Part shown: piece by piece, positions 33,943 through 43,304 of the stretch
Position numbering within the stretch: the first letter of the stretch is position 1
Layout of the letters: every line of letters begins with the position of its first letter
IMG/VR virus record: IMGVR_UViG_3300021376_000006
Reading direction: 5' to 3' (one strand)
DNA: 64,000 bases
Source of the DNA: a virus
Lineage: Duplodnaviria; Caudoviricetes
The notes under the pieces: generated by a model
The model's input: the letters and a program-made list of their open reading frames with translations, nothing else
Database searches by the model: none
Told to the model about the DNA's origin: nothing
Translations under genes and position numbers: made by a program

Positions 33943-35259
33943 TTACATTTTTTCGCCTGCTCTAAATCCTCTAAACCGTAGGAAACGCGGAAACCGTAAA
34001 GAGTAAGTGCCATCTTGGTTTTGAGTAACAGCATCGGCACGTACTTCGGCAATGGTGCCCATAATCGTTTCACGACCCAACCAATAATCATCACGATTGG
34101 CATCACTAAAACCAGAACCCACATGTACACGTATTCTACGACCATCGTCCTCACCCTCACATATAATAGCACCCAGCCTGCCGGCATTACGACCGGTTCC
34201 TTGTTCAAAATCCACTACAGTCAAACTGACTTCAATAAATGGTTTGAGTTTGAGCCAGGCAGTGCTACGCTTGCACTCGTAGGGAGCAGCTGGATCCTTG
34301 ATCATGATGCCTTCGTACCCGCCTGCAATGGCACGTTGATTGATCTCACGAAATTGATCTTGACCTACCGCAGTATCTAAATCAATTGCTTCATAACTCA
34401 GCACCGTGACATTAGGCAAGGCATCTTGTACGGTGGCATACCATTCTTGCAACATAACACTACGATGTTCTTGTTGTGCAGAACTTGCACCACCGTTATT
34501 GAATTGTTCTAGTGTAAGGTAATCAAACAAGTTTAGAATAGCATCACCAGCAGCCACATTGTCCTTGCGATGTACCTGCTTCATGAGATCCTGAAAACTG
34601 CTGCTCATAATCTCACCATCTAGCACCATAGGTTCATTGAACCCGTGTGCTACTGCTGCCAGCTGTTCTTTGACATGTTCAAAGTTTACCAGCTCTTTGC
34701 CATTCCGGCTAAATTGAAGAACACGACCATCTGGCCAAACAATAGTAATAACACGCACACCATCCAACTTGACTTCAACAAGTTTTTGTCCTTGAAGTTT
34801 TCCTTCATGATTAGCACTATCGTGAGCAAGCTGGCAAGCGAAAGTAGGTACAATGTAATCTGCATTAATTTTCTCCACTGCTTTGTTGATGGTTTTTTCG
34901 CTAACACCACAGCGAAGATCTTTGATTAGAATACGTCGACACCATGAGTTCCATTCCGCTGGTGTAGCCATAGCCATGGCTCTCTGAACCAAATCTCTGG
35001 CATTGTTGCCTGTCGCTATCCTGCTGTTCAGTTGTGTACACAGTTCAAGGAACAGTTCGCGGCCTAGACCATCGCCTGTTGTATCTTTCTTTTCTGGAAC
35101 TTGTTTAAGCCCAAAAGTAATCATTGGATCCAGTGCCAATCTACAGCCTTCAAAAAACTCGTCGTGGCCTTGTACTGCAACTATAGCGATTACGGTTTCT
35201 TTGGCCAAGCGGCTATTATCTCGTTCTAGTTCTTGAACGATTTCCCATGGTTTACGCAT
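33943..35259 (-). CDS. ATP-dependent DNA ligase (start reassigned to MRKPWE)
   Basis: KLDGVR adenylation motif, LDGEI, EGIMIK, WLKLK, SLRFPRF. Confidence 0.95.
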   Translation of the reverse strand: MRKPWEIVQELERDNSRLAKETVIAIVAVQGHDEFFEGCRLALDPMITFGLKQVPEKKDTTGDGLGRELFLELCTQLNSRIATGNNARDLVQRAMAMATPAEWNSWCRRILIKDLRCGVSEKTINKAVEKINADYIVPTFACQLAHDSANHEGKLQGQKLVEVKLDGVRVITIVWPDGRVLQFSRNGKELVNFEHVKEQLAAVAHGFNEPMVLDGEIMSSSFQDLMKQVHRKDNVAAGDAILNLFDYLTLEQFNNGGASSAQQEHRSVMLQEWYATVQDALPNVTVLSYEAIDLDTAVGQDQFREINQRAIAGGYEGIMIKDPAAPYECKRSTAWLKLKPFIEVSLTVVDFEQGTGRNAGRLGAIICEGEDDGRRIRVHVGSGFSDANRDDYWLGRETIMGTIAEVRADAVTQNQDGTYSLRFPRFLRFRGFRAGEKM

Positions 35260-35659
35260 CTTGTAACTCCTTGATGTGGCGGCACGATTTACGAAATTGG
35301 AATCCTGGGCAAGTGCAGGTCCATGTGTTCTTGTTACGAATAACATTGTATCGGGATCCACGACTTCCGTCAACTGTCCAAACTTGGGTATCATCTTTCA
35401 CCGCTTGTTGCCTAGCTGTACGACCATCTGCGTATTCTACATTAGTAACCCGAGATAACGGAATTTCCCTGATACGTACAGGGCTGTCAAAATCTGTTAC
35501 GATTCTAACAAAATCTGGAGGAGTAAATTTTGTTGCTTTTTCAACAATACCAGTGATTGTTGTTTTGTTAACTGTTGCACTTCCTATAACATAGCTAGGA
35601 AATTCAAAAGTAATAGCAATTGTGCAACCCGCATCTGGAATAGAGAATTGTGTATTCAT
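35252..35659 (-). CDS. SWIM zinc-finger protein
   Basis: WTCTCPGFQFRKSCRH. Confidence 0.8.
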   Translation of the reverse strand: MNTQFSIPDAGCTIAITFEFPSYVIGSATVNKTTITGIVEKATKFTPPDFVRIVTDFDSPVRIREIPLSRVTNVEYADGRTARQQAVKDDTQVWTVDGSRGSRYNVIRNKNTWTCTCPGFQFRKSCRHIKELQDA

Positions 35660-35715
35660 GCTCTGATTATAGCAAAGAGCTGAATTATGGTCAAGTTATC
35701 CTAATTGCAATATTG

Positions 35716-36039
35716 TTAATCTATTAACACTAAGCTGTCCCCGCCGGTTTCAGAATTGTATCTATCCAACCAGTAAATAAATTCGGGATATATGGTAGTA
35801 GTGGGCGCGAAAGTAATCTTTTCACCGACTTTAACCTCAATATTGCTTTCTAATAGAGTACTGTAACAGGTTTCGAGAATATCTTCTGAAGTATATAATT
35901 GTTGCTGTTCATAACTTTGCCATAGCTGAATATTTTTTTCATGTGCTGCGTTAAACTGCTGAAGTTCTTGAGCATTAAGAGTGTCATCTGCCCATTTTTG
36001 TATGTCTGTATTAGATAGTTTTCTAAGGTATGTAGTCAT
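35716..36039 (-). CDS. Hypothetical protein
   Basis: AAGGA RBS. Confidence 0.6.
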   Translation of the reverse strand: MTTYLRKLSNTDIQKWADDTLNAQELQQFNAAHEKNIQLWQSYEQQQLYTSEDILETCYSTLLESNIEVKVGEKITFAPTTTIYPEFIYWLDRYNSETGGDSLVLID

Positions 36040-36050
36040 TATTAATTCCT

Positions 36051-36407
36051 TTAACCAATTATTTCTCTAGGATAGTAAATTACATCTGGATCTTCAGACA
36101 GACATTGTAACCAATAATCAAATCTTGGATGATAAACAAAATCTTCCACAATTTGATACAAATAACCAACGTCAATTGTAACGGTAGTGCCATCTGACAT
36201 TGTAAATGTTTCTGTCAGATTTGGCATCTGTACTAAACGATTAAGTTGTACTTGTTCTTCTTGGTAAGCTTGAATATTTGTTAGATCTGACATAAATTCT
36301 TGAAATCGGTCAGGCGATAACCTAGTTTTTGCCCAAAAATCAAAATCAGCGCAATATTTTTTACCGTCTTTTATAAGTAGAGAATGAAGTAATCTAACAG
36401 TTATCAT
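36051..36407 (-). CDS. Hypothetical protein
   Basis: ORF downstream of tmRNA. Confidence 0.6.
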   Translation of the reverse strand: MITVRLLHSLLIKDGKKYCADFDFWAKTRLSPDRFQEFMSDLTNIQAYQEEQVQLNRLVQMPNLTETFTMSDGTTVTIDVGYLYQIVEDFVYHPRFDYWLQCLSEDPDVIYYPREIIG

Positions 36408-36454
36408 GTGTTTAATCCAATAATGATTATCACAGTATTTAGTTCAATTTTGAC

Positions 36455-36830
36455 ATCCAGCCACTTCTGTTACCGAGCAGGCTGGGTCCATCTCTGAGTC
36501 TTAGTTTAGCTTAGGCAGCTAAACGAACCTCAAACAGCTCATCATTGGCTGCATTTATGGTTTTGCTTCTTTTACGGAGATCGCCTACCGTGTTGTCCAT
36601 ATCCTTACTTATTGCCCTGTCGAAACCAAATTCAGGCCCATCAAAAAGCATTTTCAAGGTGTCCCTCTCCGATACAACGAGGAATCGCTAACCTTGTCTG
36701 CCTTCCCCACTCTTATCAGCTTCCTCATACTTACCGTGGTGGGTCGTTATATCATCGGGCAAAATGCTTTTTGGTGGACCTGCCCGGGGTCGAACCGGGG
36801 TCCAGAACACCTTTCATTCAACTTCATACA
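36455..36830 (-). ncRNA. ssrA: Circularly permuted (two-piece) tmRNA
   Basis: Acceptor piece ...GGTTCGACCCCGGGCAGGTCCACCA (CCA 36772-36774) precedes coding piece GGGCCTG..GGTTTCGAC (from 36639); tag AANDELFEVRLAA* at 36552-36511; outer ends approximate. Confidence 0.9.
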
Positions 36831-36960
36831 ACAATTTTAATCTTTATTTTCTTTGACCCATTTGTAATAGATCAGTACGCATGCTAGTGTTATGGAACCT
36901 ATTAATAATACGCCCAATAAAAAACCAACTATAAAGTAAAGCTGCTCGGTTCCAATTTAC

Positions 36961-37638
36961 TCACTTACGGTCTCCAAATAGTTGTAGGAGACTTAGAAAT
37001 ATATTTATAAAGTCAAGATACAGGGTTAAAGCACCACGAATTTCTGCTGTACCGTTATCAGTGTCGTAGCTGACTTCTTCACGGATTTTTTGAGTATCAT
37101 AAGCTGTTAAAACAGTAAAAATAATTATTGCCAGCGCACTTATTACCATTTGCATCACGCTGTTCTGAAGCCAAATATTAATTATACTGGCGATAATTAC
37201 AGTAATTAGACCAATCATGAAAAACTGTCCAATTGTGTCCAATGACCTTCGAGTAAAATATCCGTAAATGCTCATTACAGCGAACAGAATGCTTGCGCCA
37301 AAAAACGCTGAAGTGATACTACCTAGAGTGTAAACAACAAATATAGCACTAAAACTTAAACCCATTAATGCTGCAAATCCATGCAGCATAGCTATGGCCG
37401 CAGGTTTGGGTGGATTTTTAGCCAAAGCAAAACTGATTGCAAAAATTGCCGCCAAAGGTGCAAAAATTACCAACCATTTTACAGGTGTCCCGAACAAAAA
37501 TGTCATGGCAGCATGATTGTATCCAACCAATGCACTTACCATCATGCTTGTAATCACAGCCATGGCCATATGACCATACACAGCCAACATGGCATCATTA
37601 ATTTGAGTAGCACTACGAACAATTCTATTACTGTACAT
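36961..37638 (-). CDS. Bax inhibitor-1/YccA family membrane protein
   Basis: Seven TM; TAYDTQKI...GALTLYLDFINIFLSLL. Confidence 0.92.
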   Translation of the reverse strand: MYSNRIVRSATQINDAMLAVYGHMAMAVITSMMVSALVGYNHAAMTFLFGTPVKWLVIFAPLAAIFAISFALAKNPPKPAAIAMLHGFAALMGLSFSAIFVVYTLGSITSAFFGASILFAVMSIYGYFTRRSLDTIGQFFMIGLITVIIASIINIWLQNSVMQMVISALAIIIFTVLTAYDTQKIREEVSYDTDNGTAEIRGALTLYLDFINIFLSLLQLFGDRK

Positions 37639-37687
37639 ATTTTTTCCTTGAATATATTTGCCTACTTATTTAAAACTTAATAGATGT

Positions 37688-37713
37688 AAAAAAAAGGACC
37701 CTAAGGTCCTTTT
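37688..37713 (-). terminator. Intrinsic terminator
   Basis: AAAAGGACC-TTAG-GGTCCTTTT. Confidence 0.75.
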
Positions 37714-37731
37714 GGGCTTAGCCGTATGGTG

Positions 37732-38055
37732 TTAGGCTGGCTGCTTGTTGCTGGCGCGGGCCTTGATAGCATCCATGCTAGGCTTGGCGCCTTTAACCTT
37801 AACGGTGCCAACACTATTGTACTTGGCATCCGCTGCATCAATTGCAGCAGCAAACTCAGGATTTGTATACAGATCCGTAGTTTTAAGATGGGACACCAGC
37901 TCACCCTTGGTCATTGCACGAGGCAGTTCGACCAGGTTGATATCGGTATCAGTTTTGGCTAGAATCTTGACGCGAGTCATGTCACCGGCAAAGCGAACCT
38001 TGTACTGGCCCTTAGTTTTAGAAACACCACCTACCATAAAAGTTTTGTCAGTCAT
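37732..38055 (-). CDS. Hypothetical basic protein
   Basis: GGAG RBS; GGVSKTKGQYKVRFA. Confidence 0.7.
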   Translation of the reverse strand: MTDKTFMVGGVSKTKGQYKVRFAGDMTRVKILAKTDTDINLVELPRAMTKGELVSHLKTTDLYTNPEFAAAIDAADAKYNSVGTVKVKGAKPSMDAIKARASNKQPA

Positions 38056-38169
38056 TTGTTACTCTCCACAAGTAAAGTTGAAATTAGATTGCATGCTGCA
38101 ACCATACCACTATTGTACTGCCTTTCGAATTAGAGGTCAACCTCTTTTTGGTCGGCAGTTTAACCAAAA

Positions 38170-38298
38170 TCATCTGCTTAGTTCGGTTGCGGTTTCTTTG
38201 GTTTTGTCCACCGCTTTGTCCATGATACGAGCGATGCCCGTAAAGCCAATGGTAGCCACAACTATACCAAAAATGATACCGTACACAAAGGTTCTCAT
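38170..38298 (-). CDS. Small TM peptide (42 aa, not in track)
   Basis: MRTFVYGIIFGIVVATIGFTGIARIMDKAVDKTKET. Confidence 0.6.
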   Translation of the reverse strand: MRTFVYGIIFGIVVATIGFTGIARIMDKAVDKTKETATELSR

Positions 38299-38402
38299 TT
38301 CGCTTTCTCCAATTTGATAGGATTAATCAAAACATTGAGTCGGTCCGTTGGCAGCTTCTAGCTGTTTGGATTATAATTCACCCGACAACGATTGCGGTTG
38401 CA

Positions 38403-38567
38403 TTAGTTATAACCAACCTCGTAGTCTTCGGGCTCTAACATGTCAGCTTCAAGTACAGCGTCATGATAGTCAGTGGCATTGAGCAAGATCACTTGTCCTT
38501 CAGCAAAGCAGGCCATATAACCGCCTGATACTGGATCAAGTTCCACACTGATTAGAAAATTACCCAT
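38403..38567 (-). CDS. Small acidic protein (not in track)
   Basis: AAGGAG RBS; MGNFLISVELDPVSGGYMACF. Confidence 0.6.
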   Translation of the reverse strand: MGNFLISVELDPVSGGYMACFAEGQVILLNATDYHDAVLEADMLEPEDYEVGYN

Positions 38568-38727
38568 GTTCGATCTCCTTGTCTTTATAAAAGAATGCTG
38601 CGCCCAATTGCGTTTCTAGTACATCGGCTCTGGTAGGATAATCCTCTACCAAGATTTGGGCCAGCTGCATCATGCTAGTGTTGCTCAGCATGGCCAATTC
38701 GTTAGCAAGAGTTTCTAGTCGGTTCAT
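38560..38727 (-). CDS. Small protein (not in track)
   Basis: MNRLETLANELAMLSN; overlaps neighbours. Confidence 0.55.
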   Translation of the reverse strand: MNRLETLANELAMLSNTSMMQLAQILVEDYPTRADVLETQLGAAFFYKDKEIEHG

Positions 38728-38900
38728 AGCTCGTCCAAGTTGATATCACTAAGTTCTTTGGGTTTGGCTTGCGGTCGTCCCCAGGCACCGGCACCTGCGT
38801 CGGGCGAACTCTTGCCAGCCGGTATCTGTTGAATTTCTCCACCATTTGCAAGAAATTCTGCAATGGCCTGTTCGTATTCTGCTTGAGCTTCTTTGTTCAA
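38724..38900 (-). CDS. Small protein (TTG start, not in track)
   Basis: IAEFLANGGEIQQIPAGKS. Confidence 0.55.
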   Translation of the reverse strand: MNKEAQAEYEQAIAEFLANGGEIQQIPAGKSSPDAGAGAWGRPQAKPKELSDINLDEL

Positions 38901-39095
38901 TTATACACTCCCATAATGTTCTGCATCCAGATCGGCTGCAATGTCTGCGTAAGTATACATGTCATCGTCAATTTGGTCAAGTATGGTCGACACCTGCTGA
39001 ACATTAAGACCCACACGATCCGCTATCTCCGACAAAGGTACACCATCAAAATCCAGTTCACAAATTTCCATTTCCAGGCTTGTAAAGTAAGTCAT
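38901..39095 (-). CDS. Small HTH-like protein (start reassigned)
   Basis: LSEIADRVGLNVQQVSTIL. Confidence 0.6.
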   Translation of the reverse strand: MTYFTSLEMEICELDFDGVPLSEIADRVGLNVQQVSTILDQIDDDMYTYADIAADLDAEHYGSV

Positions 39096-39096
39096 A

Positions 39097-39348
39097 TCAA
39101 CTCCAGTTCTTTTTGTCACCGTATTCTTCGTTGTAGTCGTAGCCAGCGTCGTATTCTTCACGTTCGGCCTCGGTAAGATAAACTATCCTGGCTCCGATCC
39201 CGGTGCCATGTGGATACCAATGCGGACCACGTGGCCGATTATAATAACTGTCTGCACTACCGCGATCAAACAAGCTGCCGTGGCGAGCACGATCAAACTG
39301 CGGCAGTTCGGACAAAATCTTAAACACTTTTTCTTTTTCTGCTTGCAT
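39097..39348 (-). CDS. Conserved phage hypothetical protein (start MQAEKE)
   Basis: RHGSLFDRGSADSYY.R...PH...Y.AGY. Confidence 0.7.
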   Translation of the reverse strand: MQAEKEKVFKILSELPQFDRARHGSLFDRGSADSYYNRPRGPHWYPHGTGIGARIVYLTEAEREEYDAGYDYNEEYGDKKNWS

Positions 39349-39411
39349 CTTTTGCTCCTTATCAATTACTATATTCGTATTATAACAAATAGGGTCTTTT
39401 TGGTCTACCAT

Positions 39412-39741
39412 TTATTTTTTAGGGATACGATAGATAATGCCCTGGGCAGTTGTTCTTTTAACAACACCGGCAGCAGCCCATTCAGTTTCCATCAGCGCAA
39501 GATTTTTGCGGTCCACTACAGCAGGACGATCCAACTTGATTGCAATAAAGCGATCGCGGAAGTTAACATGAAATGCTCTAGCCGAATACATCATTTCCAA
39601 CACCAGCTTCATGCGTTCGGCAGCAACCTTTTGTTTTTCGGTGTAGTGAGTGCTGGCAGCGTACGAGCGTTGAGCTGCATCACGAGCAGCGGCATAAGCA
39701 AAATAACCAGCGTTTTTGACATCCAATTCGCGCTCTTGCAT
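39412..39741 (-). CDS. Hypothetical early protein
   Basis: AAGGAG RBS, sigma70 promoter upstream. Confidence 0.7.
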   Translation of the reverse strand: MQERELDVKNAGYFAYAAARDAAQRSYAASTHYTEKQKVAAERMKLVLEMMYSARAFHVNFRDRFIAIKLDRPAVVDRKNLALMETEWAAAGVVKRTTAQGIIYRIPKK

Positions 39742-39773
39742 GTTTGCTACTCCTTATTAGTTACTATACCAAT

Positions 39774-39802
39774 ATTATAGCAAAATGGTGAATTTGGGTC
39801 AA
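39774..39802 (-). promoter_or_regulatory. Sigma70-type early promoter
   Basis: TTGACC-17bp-TATAAT with TG extension. Confidence 0.8.
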
Positions 39803-39858
39803 CCAAAATACCAGTGTTGTAAAACAACAACAAAAGTTGCAGATCTTGTAACAGTTGC

Positions 39859-40260
39859 TTAGTTAGCAACCAGGCCTAGCTTGCGTAGTTCAACAGTAAA
39901 AGTGGGGCGGATCGTGGGATCTACTTCCAGTACTTCTGATCCGGCCATGTCCAATCGATCAGCAATATCTTTAGCTTCTTTGAGGCCGAGCCGTCTGCGA
40001 TCATAGGTACGAATACACTTGATCACAGCAAATTTGTCCCCCAGCTTGTTCACAAACGGATTCTTGACATTTATCTTGTCTCTGCGATAGTTGCCGGTCA
40101 ACATGGCCATAAATATCTCGCCTTTGAGATCCGGGTCAATGGTATCCGCAATCGTGGTCCACAATTCCATACCTTTATCAGCGCCATAGATATCAGCAAT
40201 GGTCTGCATGAATCCAATACCAGCGCCTACAAGATCTTCTCGGTGTTTTTCGGGTAGCAT
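39859..40260 (-). CDS. Protein with ribosomal L7/L12 C-terminal-like domain
   Basis: KFAVIKCIRTY...LGLKEAKDIAD. Confidence 0.65.
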   Translation of the reverse strand: MLPEKHREDLVGAGIGFMQTIADIYGADKGMELWTTIADTIDPDLKGEIFMAMLTGNYRRDKINVKNPFVNKLGDKFAVIKCIRTYDRRRLGLKEAKDIADRLDMAGSEVLEVDPTIRPTFTVELRKLGLVAN

Positions 40261-40532
40261 TACTTGGGTATATTATAATCTCTATCGTATTGCGAGGTTA
40301 TACTCCAGTGTGCTTCTGGTCCTGGATATTTTATATTACTCTCTACCGGTAAGCCAAACCGTTTTAGAATGTTTTTACGATCCGCTTGCGAACCACAGCA
40401 TTGAGCACATTCCTGCACGATCAATTCGCACAGGCGTATAACAGCTTCTTGATCATACTTGTCCATTTGATCCAAACAGCCTTGTGCTGTTATACCCGCT
40501 TCGTACATCAAATTGTCAAAATGTTCGTTCAT
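40260..40532 (-). CDS. Small phage protein, LIVxEC family variant
   Basis: RLCELIVQECAQCC...ILKRFG. Confidence 0.65.
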   Translation of the reverse strand: MNEHFDNLMYEAGITAQGCLDQMDKYDQEAVIRLCELIVQECAQCCGSQADRKNILKRFGLPVESNIKYPGPEAHWSITSQYDRDYNIPK

Positions 40533-40692
40533 GATTTTTTCTTTACACAAAAGGTTTGAATTTCAGATTGCCGTTGTTGAACAAATTCAGCCTGCTTGAG
40601 GCAGGCTGCTTGACCTACAGTTTCTAAATAAGGATTATAAAGTATTCGATCGGGACCGAGAACTGTTATAACCACAAGGATCCAAATATCCA

Positions 40693-41253
40693 TTAGTTTT
40701 TGTAGTACAAATCAACGCGACGATTCTGCGCCCAGGCAGCTTCATTGGATCCTATTGCTCGAGGCTTTTCACTACCATACGAATAAGCTTCTACTTGATT
40801 TTGTCTGGCACCGTAAAATATCAATAACATTCGTACTGCATTGGCTCTTTTCTGTCCTAGCGCCAAATTATATTCTGCACCACCACGTTCGTCTGTGTGT
40901 CCTTCAACAAAAACCAATTGATCAGGATTTTTTAAAAGAAATTCCGCATGCTGTTTTATTACCGGTACAAAATTATCTTTCACGGTGTATTCGTCAAGAT
41001 CAAAATACACACTACTATTTTCAAACAAAGTGTTTGGATCTGTACTGTGTATTTTTATGCTAGTGATTTCAGCATTGGGATCAGCTACTTTGTCCACAAT
41101 TACTGTTGCAGTGCTATTGGTATTAGACTTGGGTGTGGTTCTATTACTTTTGTTTTCAACTGGGGGCGGATCTTTTGTGTTGACTGTGTCTTGCAAACTG
41201 GACATCGAACAGGCTGCAAGCGATAACACGATTGTATAAGCAAAAACTTTCAT
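40693..41253 (-). CDS. pal: Peptidoglycan-associated lipoprotein (OmpA-like domain)
   Basis: Lipobox LAAC; VYFDLD, EGHTDERG..EYNLALGQKRA, SYGSEKP, NRRV. Confidence 0.92.
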   Translation of the reverse strand: MKVFAYTIVLSLAACSMSSLQDTVNTKDPPPVENKSNRTTPKSNTNSTATVIVDKVADPNAEITSIKIHSTDPNTLFENSSVYFDLDEYTVKDNFVPVIKQHAEFLLKNPDQLVFVEGHTDERGGAEYNLALGQKRANAVRMLLIFYGARQNQVEAYSYGSEKPRAIGSNEAAWAQNRRVDLYYKN

Positions 41254-41510
41254 TTTTCAACTCCAAAATGTTTCTTTACATCCTTTACCGCCAAGTCCGC
41301 CGGTCTGGTTTGCAGTTCAACAAACACCTCACAACATTCTTTTACAATCAACTCGGCGAACTTACGGCCAGTGCCGCGCCAAATATTACTATGATACACA
41401 TTGAAATTGGCTTCGGCGGCCAACTGTTCAAATCTGTCAGTGGGGTCTTTAATCAGCGCATTTTGATATGCTTGATCAAATTCCGGAAAGTTGCTAGCGA
41501 GTCGGGTCAT
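41250..41510 (-). CDS. Small phage protein, FAELIVxEC...HFGV family
   Basis: RKFAELIVKECC...KKHFGVEK. Confidence 0.65.
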   Translation of the reverse strand: MTRLASNFPEFDQAYQNALIKDPTDRFEQLAAEANFNVYHSNIWRGTGRKFAELIVKECCEVFVELQTRPADLAVKDVKKHFGVEK

Positions 41511-41692
41511 TGTGAGCCATACCCTATCAAGGCTATCGTGAAATAGATACCAAACGCAAAACAACCTGTGGCATTGGCATACAACTTCCACGAGCTAGGT
41601 TTGTGCTCGGCTCTATTTGTTAGTATGACACTGGTCAGCATGCCACTCATTAAGAAATGGAATGCCAAAAATATTATATATAATCCGGTCAT
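41507..41692 (-). CDS. Small membrane protein
   Basis: Two TM segments. Confidence 0.55.
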   Translation of the reverse strand: MTGLYIIFLAFHFLMSGMLTSVILTNRAEHKPSSWKLYANATGCFAFGIYFTIALIGYGSQ

Positions 41693-41895
41693 TATCTTGA
41701 TAGCATCCTTGCAAGAGTGGCATGCAGTTCAGCAACCTCGTCGTTGGGCACATAAAAATCGGTAGTAGGATCCCAATATTCTCCAGCTTTGCGATCATAG
41801 TATAACACACGACCCGTGGCAAAGTAAAACGGTCCTTCTAGACCCGGGCGTGGTTGCCAACGATTATTGCGTTCACATAGAATAGAGTATGGCAT
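41692..41895 (-). CDS. Conserved phage hypothetical protein
   Basis: PRPGLEGPFYF..GRVLYYD.KAGEYWDPTTDFY. Confidence 0.7.
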   Translation of the reverse strand: MPYSILCERNNRWQPRPGLEGPFYFATGRVLYYDRKAGEYWDPTTDFYVPNDEVAELHATLARMLSR

Positions 41896-41913
41896 TATTT
41901 GATATCAAAAATT

Positions 41914-42117
41914 TTAGCAACTATATGCACCGCACGGCTTGCTCTGATCCTCTATGTCGTCTGCGACTGCATCGCTGTAGAGTTCAGCCAAGGTTCGCCA
42001 GGTGGCATCCGTGACACCTGAGTGTTCGCGATGCCGGGTATAAGATTCTTTAAACCACAAGTCGTCCCCGCGGGACTCACAGTACTGTTCTGCACGTCTT
42101 AGAAAATCATAACTCAT
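41914..42117 (-). CDS. Hypothetical protein
   Basis: ORF coupled to neighbour. Confidence 0.55.
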   Translation of the reverse strand: MSYDFLRRAEQYCESRGDDLWFKESYTRHREHSGVTDATWRTLAELYSDAVADDIEDQSKPCGAYSC

Positions 42118-42344
42118 AAAGCAACTCCAAAATGTTGTTTAATTGCCAATTGGTGTTGGTCTACACCTTTTGAATACACGAAACCAGCTGGTATCCTTTC
42201 TTGTTCATGCATTATTTTAACACAATCATCAATTATCAATCTAGCGAAAATTTGGTTGTAATGTGCGATCCAGGCATCGGGCGGAATACCCTTTGGCACC
42301 ATTACTCGAGCTTGATCAGATAGTTGTTGAATTCTGGTTGTCAT
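42114..42344 (-). CDS. Small phage protein, RIxxL...FAxLI...HFGV family (start MTTRIQ)
   Basis: FARLIIDDC...IKQHFGV. Confidence 0.65.
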   Translation of the reverse strand: MTTRIQQLSDQARVMVPKGIPPDAWIAHYNQIFARLIIDDCVKIMHEQERIPAGFVYSKGVDQHQLAIKQHFGVAL

Positions 42345-42548
42345 AATATTATATAGTGCTTCCTCTCTGCGGCGGTAATTATAGTGCCTCCGGCTCTCGA
42401 TTGCCTTCACAGACACCTTCCACCCGCTCCTCGACCAGAGAGGATTCTCGTATAGCCAACGCTGTTTGCACCAAACAGTAAGGTCCTGGCCTACCATGGC
42501 CTTCTTATCCTCCGGACCAGAGTAGGGGGTGGCGCCCCCACGTCCTAA

Positions 42549-42779
42549 TTATCCTTTAACTTCAAATCTGGCAGCGGCTTCGGCTGCTAATCGTTTAATA
42601 GCACGACCAGCAGCCTCTTTACTGTTAGTAAATGCATAATCGTCACTAAGACTATTAAAGCCGTGATACAGTTCCCAGTTACCGCCAACTTGCCATTCAA
42701 CCTTTATATCATAGGCAGTATCAAATGGTGAACCATCATGTACAATACGAACCAAGCCAAAATCATGTGCTACTCTCAT
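42549..42779 (-). CDS. Hypothetical protein
   Basis: AAGGAG RBS. Confidence 0.65.
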   Translation of the reverse strand: MRVAHDFGLVRIVHDGSPFDTAYDIKVEWQVGGNWELYHGFNSLSDDYAFTNSKEAAGRAIKRLAAEAAARFEVKG

Positions 42780-42788
42780 ACGATCTCC

Positions 42789-43130
42789 TTAATCTAATCT
42801 GGACCCTGCGTAGGCAGTGAATCCATATTTTTCAAAGACCTTTGCGGCGGCTCGGGCACCTTCTTCCAGTGTATCAATGTTCTGCACAGGATAGCCTGCA
42901 GGATTCCATAACTGAAACGCTTTTGTATAGTCTTGACGCACACCCGCGGCCTTAAGCATTCGGCCTAACTTGGTATTGCCTTTAACCTTGTAGATATTTA
43001 CCCATGCAAACCCACAGGCGTATTGATCCACGCCGCCCAATTTAACACGGAAAAATTCATCCGCAGCAGCCCAACCAGCATCGCGGGCTTCGCGCACAAT
43101 GGCATTAACCTGTTCTTGAGTAAAGTTCAT
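42789..43130 (-). CDS. Conserved phage hypothetical protein
   Basis: CGFAWVNI...Q....KE.GA.A.A..L...G..AYAGSRLD pattern. Confidence 0.7.
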   Translation of the reverse strand: MNFTQEQVNAIVREARDAGWAAADEFFRVKLGGVDQYACGFAWVNIYKVKGNTKLGRMLKAAGVRQDYTKAFQLWNPAGYPVQNIDTLEEGARAAAKVFEKYGFTAYAGSRLD

Positions 43131-43294
43131 TACGCTGCCTCCCTTGCCACATAACCTTCAACAATACCAAACAAATTTTCACGCTGCCATGCCCATAAAT
43201 CAGTTATTTTATTAAACACAGGGCCGAACTGGTAACCGGTTTCAACTACACAGGTTTGCCAACCACCTGCTACATTTTTGCATTGAATTTTCAT
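43130..43294 (-). CDS. Small protein (start reassigned to MKIQCK)
   Basis: GAGGA RBS; GPVFNKITDLWAWQ. Confidence 0.6.
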   Translation of the reverse strand: MKIQCKNVAGGWQTCVVETGYQFGPVFNKITDLWAWQRENLFGIVEGYVAREAA

Positions 43295-43304
43295 GTCATT
43301 GTCC

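Noticed and set aside
36612-36887. Track ORF 36612-36887 (+) and other ORFs overlapping tRNAs (e.g. 12349, 16926, 18373, 21580, 21892, 23346, 23662)
   Set aside because: They overlap tmRNA or tRNA genes and lack RBS or motifs; treated as spurious.
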